Of a DNA stretch of 64,000 bases, positions 50,618-60,351 are shown piece by piece. Position 1 is the stretch's first letter. Each line of letters starts with the position of its first letter. The notes below the pieces were generated by a model that saw only the letters and a program-made list of their open reading frames with translations, searched no databases and was not told where the DNA came from. The stretch is taken from the NCBI GenBank assembly GCA_963662665.2, contig CAXXJS010000020.1:1-64000 (forward strand), given 5' to 3'. Position numbers and translations under genes: made by a program. The DNA comes from Candidatus Latescibacterota bacterium (GTDB taxonomy: Bacteria; Latescibacterota; UBA2968; GCA-2709665).

Positions 50618-52099
50618 TCAAAGGGCGTCGAGGGAAACCTTGTCGCCATGCGTCCCGGGGCGGGATTGCCGCGCCTCGACATTCGCTTCGTCGCTCTCCG
50701 GCTGCAGGCTGCGGCGTGTCCCTCTGTCTTCGAGGCCTTCAATGACCCGCATCGACTTCCACTTTCCGCCCCGGAACCGGAACATGAATATCATTCCACT
50801 GGAAAAGAGATACAGGCTGATAAATATCCACGCCGAGTAAAGACCCCATCCCAGGGTCACGATCGAAAGGTAGGTCGGCAAGACCATCAGCAGCCATCCG
50901 AGCGCAATCGACGTAAGCATGACAAATCGCGTGTCGCCGGCGCCCTTTACGGCTGCGGCAAAAACGATATAGAGCGCATCGAATACACAGTAAAACGCGA
51001 CAAACCGTAACAGAACGACGGACATATCCCAGACACGATCGAACGCCTCAGGATCAGCGCCGGAAATGTAGGGCTTCAAAAGGAGACCCGGCACGAAGAC
51101 ATATCCCGCAGCCATCACGAGCATATACGCAAGGCCGAGATGCGCCGCCGACCAGGTACTGCGCTCGGCCAGGTCCGCCCTTTCCTTGCCGAGGTATTGA
51201 CCGACTAGCGTGGAGACGGCGATGCCAAGCCCCATCATCGGGAGGAAGGCGAGCGTATTCAGGTTGAACGTCACGCTTGTGGCCGCCAGCGCCGTCGTCC
51301 CGAGTTTGCCGACCAGGAGGATGAACATCGAAAATCCCAGAATCTCAAGCATGAACTGTACGCCGTTCGGTAACCCGAAACGCACAAGTCTTCCCAACAA
51401 TTCTCCATCGGGACGCCATCCACTCAGGGTACGAAGTGAGTCGCGGTATTTGGGGCGCATCATGAGGGTAAAGAATACGACCGGTATCAGGAGGTGCGAA
51501 ACCACGGTAGCCCAGGCGGCGCCGCGAATCCCCCACTCCGGGAACCCCCAACGACCGAATATCCACGCATAGTCCAGGACGATATTCAGCCCATTCGCAA
51601 GGAAATTCACCCACATTACGGTGCGGGTATCCCCTCGCCCGCTGAAGAAGGAGGAAACCGCCACCCCCGTGATACCCGGACCCGTGAAACACAGAATCCT
51701 GAAATAATCCGCCTCCAGCGCGCGCATCTGCGGCTCGTGCCCGGCCCATTCGAAAAAACGTACGGAAAACGGTATCAGGCACAGAATCATCACCCCCGAG
51801 GCCAATCCGAGGTATATCCCCTGCCAAACGGCCGGCCCTACCCGGTCGCGCTGGCCCGCGCCCCAATACTGGGCGACGAACGTATTTACATAGGCCACCG
51901 TTCCAATAAACAGGCTGGAAAACGTAAAGTGCAGCATGCCGGCCGGTAGACACGCGGCAAGTGCGTCCCGCCCGTACCAACTCAGAAATACCCGATCCAC
52001 GAAAATCTGCAGGCTCCAGGACCCCGTACTCAGAATGAGAGGCGCCGCCATCCGCAACACCTCCTTATATCCACCCTGTTCCTGCCACCGCGAGATCAT
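50618..52099 (-). CDS. MATE family efflux transporter
   Basis: About 12 TM segments, GRGDTR, NI.LD..IFG, GI.GAAWAT, GAGDTR, F.GG.WK. Confidence 0.92.
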   Translation of the reverse strand: MISRWQEQGGYKEVLRMAAPLILSTGSWSLQIFVDRVFLSWYGRDALAACLPAGMLHFTFSSLFIGTVAYVNTFVAQYWGAGQRDRVGPAVWQGIYLGLASGVMILCLIPFSVRFFEWAGHEPQMRALEADYFRILCFTGPGITGVAVSSFFSGRGDTRTVMWVNFLANGLNIVLDYAWIFGRWGFPEWGIRGAAWATVVSHLLIPVVFFTLMMRPKYRDSLRTLSGWRPDGELLGRLVRFGLPNGVQFMLEILGFSMFILLVGKLGTTALAATSVTFNLNTLAFLPMMGLGIAVSTLVGQYLGKERADLAERSTWSAAHLGLAYMLVMAAGYVFVPGLLLKPYISGADPEAFDRVWDMSVVLLRFVAFYCVFDALYIVFAAAVKGAGDTRFVMLTSIALGWLLMVLPTYLSIVTLGWGLYSAWIFISLYLFSSGMIFMFRFRGGKWKSMRVIEGLEDRGTRRSLQPESDEANVEARQSRPGTHGDKVSLDAL

Positions 52100-52320
52100 G
52101 GACACCTCACCAGGTTCGGACCTCAACCCGTACGCCGACCCCCAACAGCCGCCGGGCAAGCAGCTGGAGCAACGCCGACGACGCGAGCGCGCAAATCACA
52201 GCAGCATCGGCGGCCTGCGTCGCCTGTCGCACTTTTCACTTGTCCGGTTATGGCGCCGTTGGTAGATTCGCTGACCAGTCCGGTTCATCGAGCCAATCCA
52301 TTCATATTGCGGGTCAGGTC

Positions 52321-53694
52321 ATGACTTACGACGTCGTCGTCATCGGAGGTGGCAGCGCGGGTTACGCCGCCGCTCGTGTCGCGGCTGACAGCGGAGCAAG
52401 CGTCGCCATTGTCGACAAGGGTCCACTCGGCGGTCTGTGCATCTTGCGCGGCTGCATGCCTTCAAAGACGCTATTGCGCAGTTCGGATCTTTTTTCGCTG
52501 ATGAAACGGGCCGAAGAGTTCGGCTTGCACGCCGGGGATATAACTCCGGACCTGGCAGCAATCAACGACCGCAAACGAGCACTCGTCGAAGAATTCGCGA
52601 AACACAGGATCGAGCAGCTCAACAGTCCGAGGTTCACACTGACAGGTGGCCGGGCCCGGTTCGAATCGCCGCATTCCGTGTCTGTTGGCAAGAAAAAGAT
52701 TTCGGCACGGAATTTTGTCATTGCCGTGGGCTCGGTTGTCAATAAAATCCCCGTTCCCGGTCTGGAGGAAACAGGTTGCCTCACCAGCGACGACATTCTG
52801 GAACTTCGAGAACTTCCCGGGTCCGTTATCGTGCTGGGTGGGGGCGCCGTGGCCACGGAACTCGGCCAATTCTTGTGTCGTATGGGCTCCCGGACGACGC
52901 TTATACAGAGAAACACGCAGTTGATCAGCGCCTGCGACCCGGACATGGCCCTGCCCGTGGAAAACCGCTTTCGGGAAGAAGGGATGCGAGTATACACGGA
53001 CACACGCCTCCAGCGCTTCAGCCGGAAAAAAGATCGTATAACCGCCCATTTTTTGCACCGCGGCGAATCGTGCACGGCCTCGGCCGACGTTGTCTTCAAC
53101 GCGATGGGCCGAACGCCGGACCTTTCCAGCCTGTCACTTGAACGTGCAGGCGTTGAAGTCCGGGACGGACGAATTGTCTCAAACGACAGGATGCAGACCA
53201 GCGCGGAACACATCTTCGCCGCCGGCGATTGCGTGGGTCCGTACGAAATCGTACACATTGCCGTGCTGCAGGGTGAAATTGCCGGCCACAATGCCGTAGC
53301 GAGAGTGCCCGAGAAGACGATCGACTATCGCCTCCGGACGTCGGTTGTATTCACCGACCCACAGGTCGCGTCGGTTGGCCCGACCGAAAGGGAATGCCGG
53401 ACAGCGGGCATTCCGTATCTCTCTGCGGAATACCCGTTCAGCGATCACGGCAAATCGATGGTTATGGGAGAAACGCATGGCGCGGTCAAGATTCTCTGCC
53501 AACCCGGAAGCGGGGAACTCATTGCGGGACACATTACGGGACCCGACGCATCCGAACTCATCCACGAACTCGCAACGGTAATTTACTACCGGGGCACCGT
53601 ATTCGACCTGCTCCAGATCCCACACTACCATCCCACGCTCGCCGAGATTATCACCTATCCTGCCGAAGAGCTCGCCGGCATTCTGGGCCGATAG
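52321..53694 (+). CDS. Class I pyridine nucleotide-disulfide oxidoreductase (LpdA/MerA/RclA-like)
   Basis: GGGSAG, GGLCILRGCMPSK redox disulfide, GGGAVA, FAAGD, FTDPQ, HYHPTLAE. Confidence 0.9.
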   Translation: MTYDVVVIGGGSAGYAAARVAADSGASVAIVDKGPLGGLCILRGCMPSKTLLRSSDLFSLMKRAEEFGLHAGDITPDLAAINDRKRALVEEFAKHRIEQLNSPRFTLTGGRARFESPHSVSVGKKKISARNFVIAVGSVVNKIPVPGLEETGCLTSDDILELRELPGSVIVLGGGAVATELGQFLCRMGSRTTLIQRNTQLISACDPDMALPVENRFREEGMRVYTDTRLQRFSRKKDRITAHFLHRGESCTASADVVFNAMGRTPDLSSLSLERAGVEVRDGRIVSNDRMQTSAEHIFAAGDCVGPYEIVHIAVLQGEIAGHNAVARVPEKTIDYRLRTSVVFTDPQVASVGPTERECRTAGIPYLSAEYPFSDHGKSMVMGETHGAVKILCQPGSGELIAGHITGPDASELIHELATVIYYRGTVFDLLQIPHYHPTLAEIITYPAEELAGILGR

Positions 53695-53719
53695 GTGTAT
53701 ATATCCGGACGGCTGCCCA

Positions 53720-53884
53720 TAGCAGTCCGTTGAAAAAGTCGCTCTGCAGGCAAGGCCAAGTTATCGTGGCCGAAGACAGGGCGGGCGACCGCGTCGAATC
53801 GGGGATTCGGGGAGGAAGCGCAACGCAGTCATTCGGCCACACGGGCCGGACGCGGCCCGGATGGACTCTTTCAACGGGCTGTTA
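53720..53884 (+). mobile_element. MITE-like repeat family A, long copy (165 bp)
   Basis: TIRs TAGCAGTCCGTTGAAAAAGTC / GACTCTTTCAACGGGCTGTTA (18/21); right end includes the TAA stop of the MFS gene. Confidence 0.78.
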
Positions 53885-55240
53885 GCCGGAACGCTGGCGT
53901 CCTGGATCGGCGAGACGGTGCACGAAGAATACGGTCGGCGGCACGAACAACAGGGCGATCCAGAACATCGGGCGATACGAGATCCACGCTACCAGCATGC
54001 CGGCCAGCACCGGGAGAAACCCCTGCGGCAAGGCAAACATGTTCAGGAAGCTGGTATACGTGGGACGGCGGTTCTCCGGTGCAAGTTCGAGTACGTATGC
54101 CATTCTGCCGTTGAACATCGCGCTGCTGGCGAACCCCGAAAAAACAAACGTCAGAGAAAAAAAGGCGACTTGCGGATGAAATGCCCACTCAATGCCCCAT
54201 TCGGAAAGCGGCGCGATAGCGTGTGACGGTACGTAACCGGCCAACAGCGGAACGGCAACCGAAAACGCCATCAGATACGATCCGTATACCAGCATCGCAC
54301 GACTGCCCTTCCGATGCCCCACGTTGGCCCAGAGCACGTTTGACAGTACGGTGCTGACCTGCATGACCGAAACAAACACGCCGACGTAGACGAGCCCCAG
54401 ACCCAGGTCGGTAATTGCATAAGGCACGTAAAATGGCGCACCCATCATCAGAAAGGACCACAGGATCTGCATCCCGCACAAACGACGGTAATTGACATCG
54501 TTCTTGAGCAGTCGAATTCCGCTGTTTACGTAGACCGACAGTGGTTGCCGGAGATACCGCACCGGGCCAACCGGCTCCCGAATTCTGCCGAATACGTAAA
54601 CCGACAGTGCATTTCCCACTCCAGCCGCCAGGAAAAGGGTCGCGTAATTCGATGGGAACGAAATTCCGCTGCGGTCGCTCAGTACATAGGAAATTGCACC
54701 GCCCGCCACCATGGCGGTAATGCCGCCGCAAAGCCGCCGCACAGCGAACAGACGCGAACGATCTCCGGGTGGGACGACCTTTCCCACAATGTCCATCCAT
54801 GGGACATTCCATATTCCCATCATCGAAGTGGAAATGGCATAAAGGGCCATAAAGCAGCAAAGAAACAGAAAGGGCTGACGACCACCCAGGAGGTACGTCA
54901 GCCCCGCGATCAACAACCAGATGGTACTGCGCATCCCGCCTGCGAAGAGCAGGAAGGGCATCTTGCGTTTTCTGTTTTCTATAATTCGGGAAATGAATAC
55001 CTGAGGCCACGCCCACCCGATCCGCATCAGGGCGCCGACAAGTCCTATGGCTACACTCGAGGTTGTCAGCGATTTCACAAAGGCCGGCAGGAGCATATCC
55101 GAACTGGCCAGTGTCATCGACATGAAAACCAGGCCGCCATTCACAATCAGCAGCCGGCTGTTCCTGCGAACTTCCGTCGGATCAGGCGCCCCGGACTCGG
55201 CCGCCACCCGCCTCCGGTGCGCAGACGAAAATTCCCTCAT
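53882..55240 (-). CDS. MFS transporter
   Basis: About 12 TM segments, W.DIVGK..P...R.RLF, LAPE.RRPTY. Confidence 0.85.
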   Translation of the reverse strand: MREFSSAHRRRVAAESGAPDPTEVRRNSRLLIVNGGLVFMSMTLASSDMLLPAFVKSLTTSSVAIGLVGALMRIGWAWPQVFISRIIENRKRKMPFLLFAGGMRSTIWLLIAGLTYLLGGRQPFLFLCCFMALYAISTSMMGIWNVPWMDIVGKVVPPGDRSRLFAVRRLCGGITAMVAGGAISYVLSDRSGISFPSNYATLFLAAGVGNALSVYVFGRIREPVGPVRYLRQPLSVYVNSGIRLLKNDVNYRRLCGMQILWSFLMMGAPFYVPYAITDLGLGLVYVGVFVSVMQVSTVLSNVLWANVGHRKGSRAMLVYGSYLMAFSVAVPLLAGYVPSHAIAPLSEWGIEWAFHPQVAFFSLTFVFSGFASSAMFNGRMAYVLELAPENRRPTYTSFLNMFALPQGFLPVLAGMLVAWISYRPMFWIALLFVPPTVFFVHRLADPGRQRSG

Positions 55241-55258
55241 ACGAAACGCTTCCGTCCC

Positions 55259-55333
55259 TTAGAAGCCGTCTTTAAAACACCGCCGGTATTCGTCCGGCCG
55301 TAAGAACCCCGTGGCGTTGGGTCGAATTCACCC
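55259..55333. repeat. Degenerate copy of repeat family C
   Basis: TTAGAAGCCGTCTTTAAAAC..CGGTATTCGTCCGGCCGTAAGA..GGTCGAATTCACCC aligns with 35525-35591. Confidence 0.45.
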
Positions 55334-55467
55334 GTACGGTGGTCGAGGCCCCGTGCCCCGCGTGCCCCCCAACCGACACGTTTTCGCAAGCACTCGGGAA
55401 TGCGCCAGAAGTCGGGACGGTGCGCCTCTCCTGTAATTCCACTCCCCTCGGAACCCGACCGGACGTC

Positions 55468-57096
55468 TCAGATTCCAATCGCATAGCCGTCCCGCCTCGG
55501 ATCGGCCCCCCCCATCAGCGCGCCGCTATCCTGATCCACGGCAATTCCCTGCGCCCCGCCGGTTACGGGAGAAAACGCGTCTACAACGTCAATCTGATGC
55601 CCCCGGCGAACCAGGCCCGAACGGATCCTGTCAGGCACGCGGGACTCCATATATACGCGTGTGCCAGCATGTTGAAAACGGAACCTGGGAGCTTCGATTG
55701 CCGCCTGAATGTTCATCTTGTAATCCAGGAAATTGGTTGTGAACTGTGTCGTCGTCTGCTGAATGCCCCAGCTTCCCGGGGTACCCAGAGCCGCAACGAG
55801 ACGACCGTCTCTAAAAATCTGGCACGGGGAAAGACACATGTCAATCTTCTTATGGGGTTCGATTCGATTGGGGCTGCCAGGAACGGTGTCCGCCCATTTG
55901 ATGAAATTGTTCAGGAACATACCGGTCTTCCCGAGAATCTCCCCCGATCCGAACCCGGAACCGAGGCTCTGCGTAACGGCCACGGCGTTGCCAACGGCAT
56001 CCACCACGTCGAAGTGGGTCGTACAATCGTTGAGCCACGCGCCTGGCTTTCCCGGCGACACCTCCTCCGGAAACCCGGGGGAGGTGTAATACTCACCCCG
56101 GTTCACAGCGGCACGTTCGCCAATCCGTTCCCTGCGGCCCGCCGCATACGCCTTCGAAAGCAATCCATCCAGAGGCGCTTCCGGCGCCGCGGCATACGCT
56201 ACCCTGTCGGCGTTGCCCAGCTTCAGGACCTCGATGAACAGGTGGAGCGCCTCTTCCGAATGGTGGCCGATATCCTTCAGATCGTATCCTTCGAGCATAT
56301 TAAGCGCCTGCAGGATGTGAAAGCCGGCACTTGGCAGCGGCGGACAGAACACCCGGTTACCCCGGTAGGATGTTGAAATGGCATCCACCCATTCCACCTC
56401 AAAATCCTCAAGGTCTCTCCCGGAAAGCAACCCGCCTTCCCCCTGTACATATCCGGCAATTTCCGATCCCAGGTCGCCCCGATAAAATGCCTCGGCGCCG
56501 CCTTCCACCACCCTTCGAAACGTCCGGGCGAGATCTCTCTGGATCAGCATTTCTCCGGCCCTGGGCGCACGCCCGCGTTTCAGAATCACCTCGGCGCCCG
56601 TCGGCCGCATCCGGGGCACGGCATCATGCATGAATCCTGAATTCTTTACGGTGGCCGGGAAGCCGTTCTCCGCCAGTTCGATTGCAGGGCCGAACACGGT
56701 TGCCCGGTCCATCGTACCGTACCTTTCAAGAAGCTCCAGCCAGCCACCGCAGGCGCCGGGAACCAGACACGACATGACCCCGCCATCCTGCGTAGTGGTT
56801 GTCGGGAACGCCTCCGAGACGGCGGCGTGCGGCGTCCGCCCGCAATAGTCCAAAACACGTACGCGGTTTTCCTCGGCGGAATAGATAAGCGCATATCCGA
56901 CGCCTGCAATCCCTGACATATAGGGTTCGACGACGTTTAACGCCGCCGCGACAGCAACCGCCGCGTCGAACGCATTGCCGTGCTCAAGTAGCATGCGAAC
57001 CCCGGCCAGGCTTGCCGCCGGATGCGCGCTGGCAACCATTCCCCGGACGCCCGTTACCGTTGACCGATGCACGGTTCCGACAGAAGAAAAAGCCAT
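55468..57096 (-). CDS. ggt: Gamma-glutamyltransferase
   Basis: GNAFDAAVA, VVEP.MSG, TTHF.VVD..GN (Thr nucleophile), GTPG, GGADPRRDG. Confidence 0.9.
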   Translation of the reverse strand: MAFSSVGTVHRSTVTGVRGMVASAHPAASLAGVRMLLEHGNAFDAAVAVAAALNVVEPYMSGIAGVGYALIYSAEENRVRVLDYCGRTPHAAVSEAFPTTTTQDGGVMSCLVPGACGGWLELLERYGTMDRATVFGPAIELAENGFPATVKNSGFMHDAVPRMRPTGAEVILKRGRAPRAGEMLIQRDLARTFRRVVEGGAEAFYRGDLGSEIAGYVQGEGGLLSGRDLEDFEVEWVDAISTSYRGNRVFCPPLPSAGFHILQALNMLEGYDLKDIGHHSEEALHLFIEVLKLGNADRVAYAAAPEAPLDGLLSKAYAAGRRERIGERAAVNRGEYYTSPGFPEEVSPGKPGAWLNDCTTHFDVVDAVGNAVAVTQSLGSGFGSGEILGKTGMFLNNFIKWADTVPGSPNRIEPHKKIDMCLSPCQIFRDGRLVAALGTPGSWGIQQTTTQFTTNFLDYKMNIQAAIEAPRFRFQHAGTRVYMESRVPDRIRSGLVRRGHQIDVVDAFSPVTGGAQGIAVDQDSGALMGGADPRRDGYAIGI

Positions 57097-57190
57097 TGAA
57101 TGAATTCCTTGCCGATAGGACCCACCGGTACCGGAACGGAGCGGGGCCTGTGCTTTAACGTAGTTTAGGAATAATCCCCCGGGTATGCGG

Positions 57191-57219
57191 AAGATAGTCT
57201 ATGGTGGATCGCAAGTCAA
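57191..57219 (-). promoter_or_regulatory. Putative sigma-70 promoter of ggt
   Basis: Minus strand TTGACT-N17-TATCTT. Confidence 0.5.
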
Positions 57220-57359
57220 TGCCCGATTCCCGCCCTCACCTGCGCTCGTCCGCCACGTTTCTGCTTGACAAAACAAGCCTCTCATGGCTTCTTATACGAT
57301 TCCTGTATGATCACCCCTGCCGGATTTTCAGGTTGTCACATCACTTCGTCAAATGCGCT

Positions 57360-58391
57360 ATGAGTCAGGAATTACCTCTTCTACCCACAAGTGTGATCGG
57401 AAGCTACGCGCTGCCGGGTTGGCTCTGGACGGCGGTCGATCAGATCGACCAGGGCGAATACGGTCCAACCGACATTCGCGAGACCTTCGACGACGCCGTT
57501 CATCTCGCCATTCTGGATCAGAAAAGAGCGGGCGTGGACCAGATCACGGACGGCGAGATGCGGCGCTGGTATTTCGTACAGAGCTTCTACCGCCGTTTCA
57601 AGGGACTCGCTTCCCGACCAACGCTGCGGCGCAAAGGCGTCTACGGATACGACAGCGTCCCGCGGTGGTGGCCGGAAGAACGGATCCAGGTACCCGATGG
57701 CCTCGGTATTGTCGAAGAATTTCAATTCGCAAGGTCCGTAACGGACCATCCGTTGAAGGCCACCTGCCCCGGTCCGCTTACGCTTACCATACATATACAG
57801 TTGAAAGACGACAGCGTCTACAAGGACCGAATCGAACTTGCTTACGAATTCGCGGAGGTGGTAAACCTTGAACTCAAACGGCTCGTTGCCGCGGGGGCGG
57901 AATTCATCCAGCTTGACGAACCCTCTTTTTCGATTGTTCCTGGAGACGACCGGAGCTGGATCGACCTGTTCAACGAAACCGTTAAGGGCGTTAATGCAAG
58001 AATCGGCCTGCACGTCTGTTTCGGAAACCTGGGAAGCCGCCCGCGGGGAAAACGCCGGTACGACTGGATGCTGGATGATATCCTTCGTGCCGACGCCCAA
58101 CAGATTTCGTTGGAATTCGCGAATCGTGAACTGGCGGAATTGGAGCTCTGCGGGGAGATTGCGAATGAAAAAGATGTCGCCGCGGGCCTCGTCGATGTGA
58201 AGTCATTCTACGTGGAAACACCCGAGGACGTCGCAGAACGGGTGCGGCTGACCCTTCAACACGTCCCGCCGGAAAAACTGACTGTTACGCCCGATTGCGG
58301 TTTCTTTCAATTGCCCAGATGGCTGGCCTTCCAAAAACTCCGGAATATGGTTAGAGGCGTTGAAATCGTCCGCAGGGAATTGGGAGCATAG
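57360..58391 (+). CDS. Cobalamin-independent methionine synthase, single-barrel (Meth_synt_2) form
   Basis: TSVIGSY, TDGE.RR, PGPLT, QLDEP, HVCFGN (Zn ligands), PDCG. Confidence 0.9.
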   Translation: MSQELPLLPTSVIGSYALPGWLWTAVDQIDQGEYGPTDIRETFDDAVHLAILDQKRAGVDQITDGEMRRWYFVQSFYRRFKGLASRPTLRRKGVYGYDSVPRWWPEERIQVPDGLGIVEEFQFARSVTDHPLKATCPGPLTLTIHIQLKDDSVYKDRIELAYEFAEVVNLELKRLVAAGAEFIQLDEPSFSIVPGDDRSWIDLFNETVKGVNARIGLHVCFGNLGSRPRGKRRYDWMLDDILRADAQQISLEFANRELAELELCGEIANEKDVAAGLVDVKSFYVETPEDVAERVRLTLQHVPPEKLTVTPDCGFFQLPRWLAFQKLRNMVRGVEIVRRELGA

Positions 58392-58454
58392 ACGTGCCAA
58401 CGCCCGCTAAGTGGTTTACCGTGTCCGCGGCGGGGGCGCGTAGAGGAGCGCAAC

Positions 58455-59579
58455 ATGGATGTCGTTGAGATCACTGCCGATCTCGTTTCTTACAATTCTG
58501 TGAGTCAGTTCAGCAATACACCGGTATCCCAGGCTATTTCCGGATGGATGCACAAGGCGGGCATGTCGGTCGAATTCGTCAATTACAAGGACCACGAAGG
58601 CACGCCGAAATCAAACGTAGTCGGTAAAAAAGGCAGGGGTCAAGGGGGCATCGCTCTACTCGCCCATTCGGACGTGGTTCCCGCCGAGGGATGGGATTCG
58701 GACCCGTTCAGGCTTACGTCCAGAAAGGACAGGCTTTACGGACGTGGCAGCGCGGACATGAAGGGGTCCGTAGCATGTATGATCGCTGCTGCGAACGCCT
58801 TCACCGAGAAAGAACTGAAAGTACCCGTCTACGTGATCGTCACCGCCGACGAAGAAACCGACTGCGGCGGGGCCAGGGCCGTTGCCCTCAGGTCGAAAAC
58901 GCTCAAATCGTCCAATGTCCGATACGGTATCGTCGGCGAACCCACGCTCCTCGACGTGGTATATGCCCATAAGGGCTCGCTCAAGTTCGCAGCCGTTGCG
59001 ACGGGCAGAGCAGCGCACAGCAGTACAGGCAAGGGTGTGAATGCGAACCACAAACTCATCCCGTTCCTGAATGATGTTGTCAGGCTGGACGATACATTGC
59101 GCACCGATCCCCGGTTTCGAAACGAGGCTTTCGATCCACCCCACGGAACGCTGAATATTGTCTTTTCCGATGGCGATACGGCCGCGAACGTCACCGCGCC
59201 CGTCAGTCGGGCAACCATTAACTGTCGTCCCATGCCAGACCAGGACTGGAAGCCCGTCATTAAACGCATGGTTCGCCTGGCGGAAAAACATGGCATCAGG
59301 ATTGAGCTGCCGAAAGCCCTCGATCCGCTCAGCACGAACACCGATTCTCCAATTGTGCGCGAGGCCCTTCAGATCACCGGCAAGAGAAAACCCAAGACCG
59401 TCGCTTATGGAACGGATGGCATGGTATTCGGAAAGACGATGGATCTGGTTGTGATGGGACCTGGCAATATCCAGCAGGCGCACACGGTGGACGAATGGAT
59501 CGCCAGGGATCAACTCCTGAGGGGTTCGGACATCTTCACAAGGATGGTACATCGATTCTGCATCGAAAACCCCGTCTGA
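58455..59579 (+). CDS. M20 metallopeptidase, acetylornithine deacetylase (ArgE)-like
   Basis: HSDVVP, LYGRGSADMKG, DEE, GEPT, AHKG, G.AAHSS, GPGNI.QAHT.DE. Confidence 0.88.
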   Translation: MDVVEITADLVSYNSVSQFSNTPVSQAISGWMHKAGMSVEFVNYKDHEGTPKSNVVGKKGRGQGGIALLAHSDVVPAEGWDSDPFRLTSRKDRLYGRGSADMKGSVACMIAAANAFTEKELKVPVYVIVTADEETDCGGARAVALRSKTLKSSNVRYGIVGEPTLLDVVYAHKGSLKFAAVATGRAAHSSTGKGVNANHKLIPFLNDVVRLDDTLRTDPRFRNEAFDPPHGTLNIVFSDGDTAANVTAPVSRATINCRPMPDQDWKPVIKRMVRLAEKHGIRIELPKALDPLSTNTDSPIVREALQITGKRKPKTVAYGTDGMVFGKTMDLVVMGPGNIQQAHTVDEWIARDQLLRGSDIFTRMVHRFCIENPV

Positions 59580-59701
59580 GAACCCCGGCTCGTGAAAAAT
59601 TGGCAGTGATACGCGCGATTGGTCTACGATACCGACGCCGCACGAGGCTTTTCAACAGGAGCGGGGACCGTTTCTCTCGAATAAGGCGAGGAGGACAATG
59701 G

Positions 59702-60262
59702 ATGGTCAAATCCCTGACCCGCACGCTGCTCGTTGTATTGGCGGCTTCTCTGATCACAGGTTGTGCCGACGAAACCCAACACCAGTTCGCATTTCGCGGA
59801 AAATGGCGTCTGGAACGTCGACAGATGCCAGACGGGAAGATTCTGCAACCGCCTGCCGTAAGCGGCCACTACGAGTGGTACCCCACCGGCCTGACCACAG
59901 CTCATGTCACGGCCTCAATCTCGGTCGGCCAGGATCATATCCAGGTATCAGGTTTCACCTACAGCTTTCAGTCGGACGCCGTGGAGTCACAGTCATTCAC
60001 CCTTAGCGAATATATGGATGTCGGTGGCGGCTATAGAACATCATCTCACGCGAGTCTGAATGCGCCGGACTATGCCGCAACCGGCGACATGGTCGTAAAC
60101 GGTAACCTCGTTACCCTCAAATATGCCGACGGCGCGACCCAGATTTACGAAGACATCAGCATTGCAGTGGTCGACAGTGTCGTCTTCAAAGTCACCTTTA
60201 ATGACGGTACCATGGACACCTGGAGGCGATTTGCGGACCAATTGGGGGTACTGCCGAAGTAG
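59702..60262 (+). CDS. Putative lipoprotein, beta-rich (lipocalin-like)
   Basis: Lipobox LITGC after a hydrophobic stretch; GKW.L motif near the mature N-terminus. Confidence 0.65.
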   Translation: MVKSLTRTLLVVLAASLITGCADETQHQFAFRGKWRLERRQMPDGKILQPPAVSGHYEWYPTGLTTAHVTASISVGQDHIQVSGFTYSFQSDAVESQSFTLSEYMDVGGGYRTSSHASLNAPDYAATGDMVVNGNLVTLKYADGATQIYEDISIAVVDSVVFKVTFNDGTMDTWRRFADQLGVLPK

Positions 60263-60351
60263 ATTCCTTTACGTGGCATAAGCGTATAAATACCGCAGGG
60301 GCGCGTGCAGAGTTATCGCGCCCCTGGTGGTTTTCCGGGACAGGATGGACG

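Noticed and set aside
57265-57359. SAM or cobalamin riboswitch ahead of the methionine synthase
   Set aside because: No recognisable SAM-I/II, SAM-SAH or B12-box consensus by eye.
59582-59666. Weak inverted repeat with TTTTCAAC resembling family A ends
   Set aside because: Too degenerate to assign without a statistical alignment.
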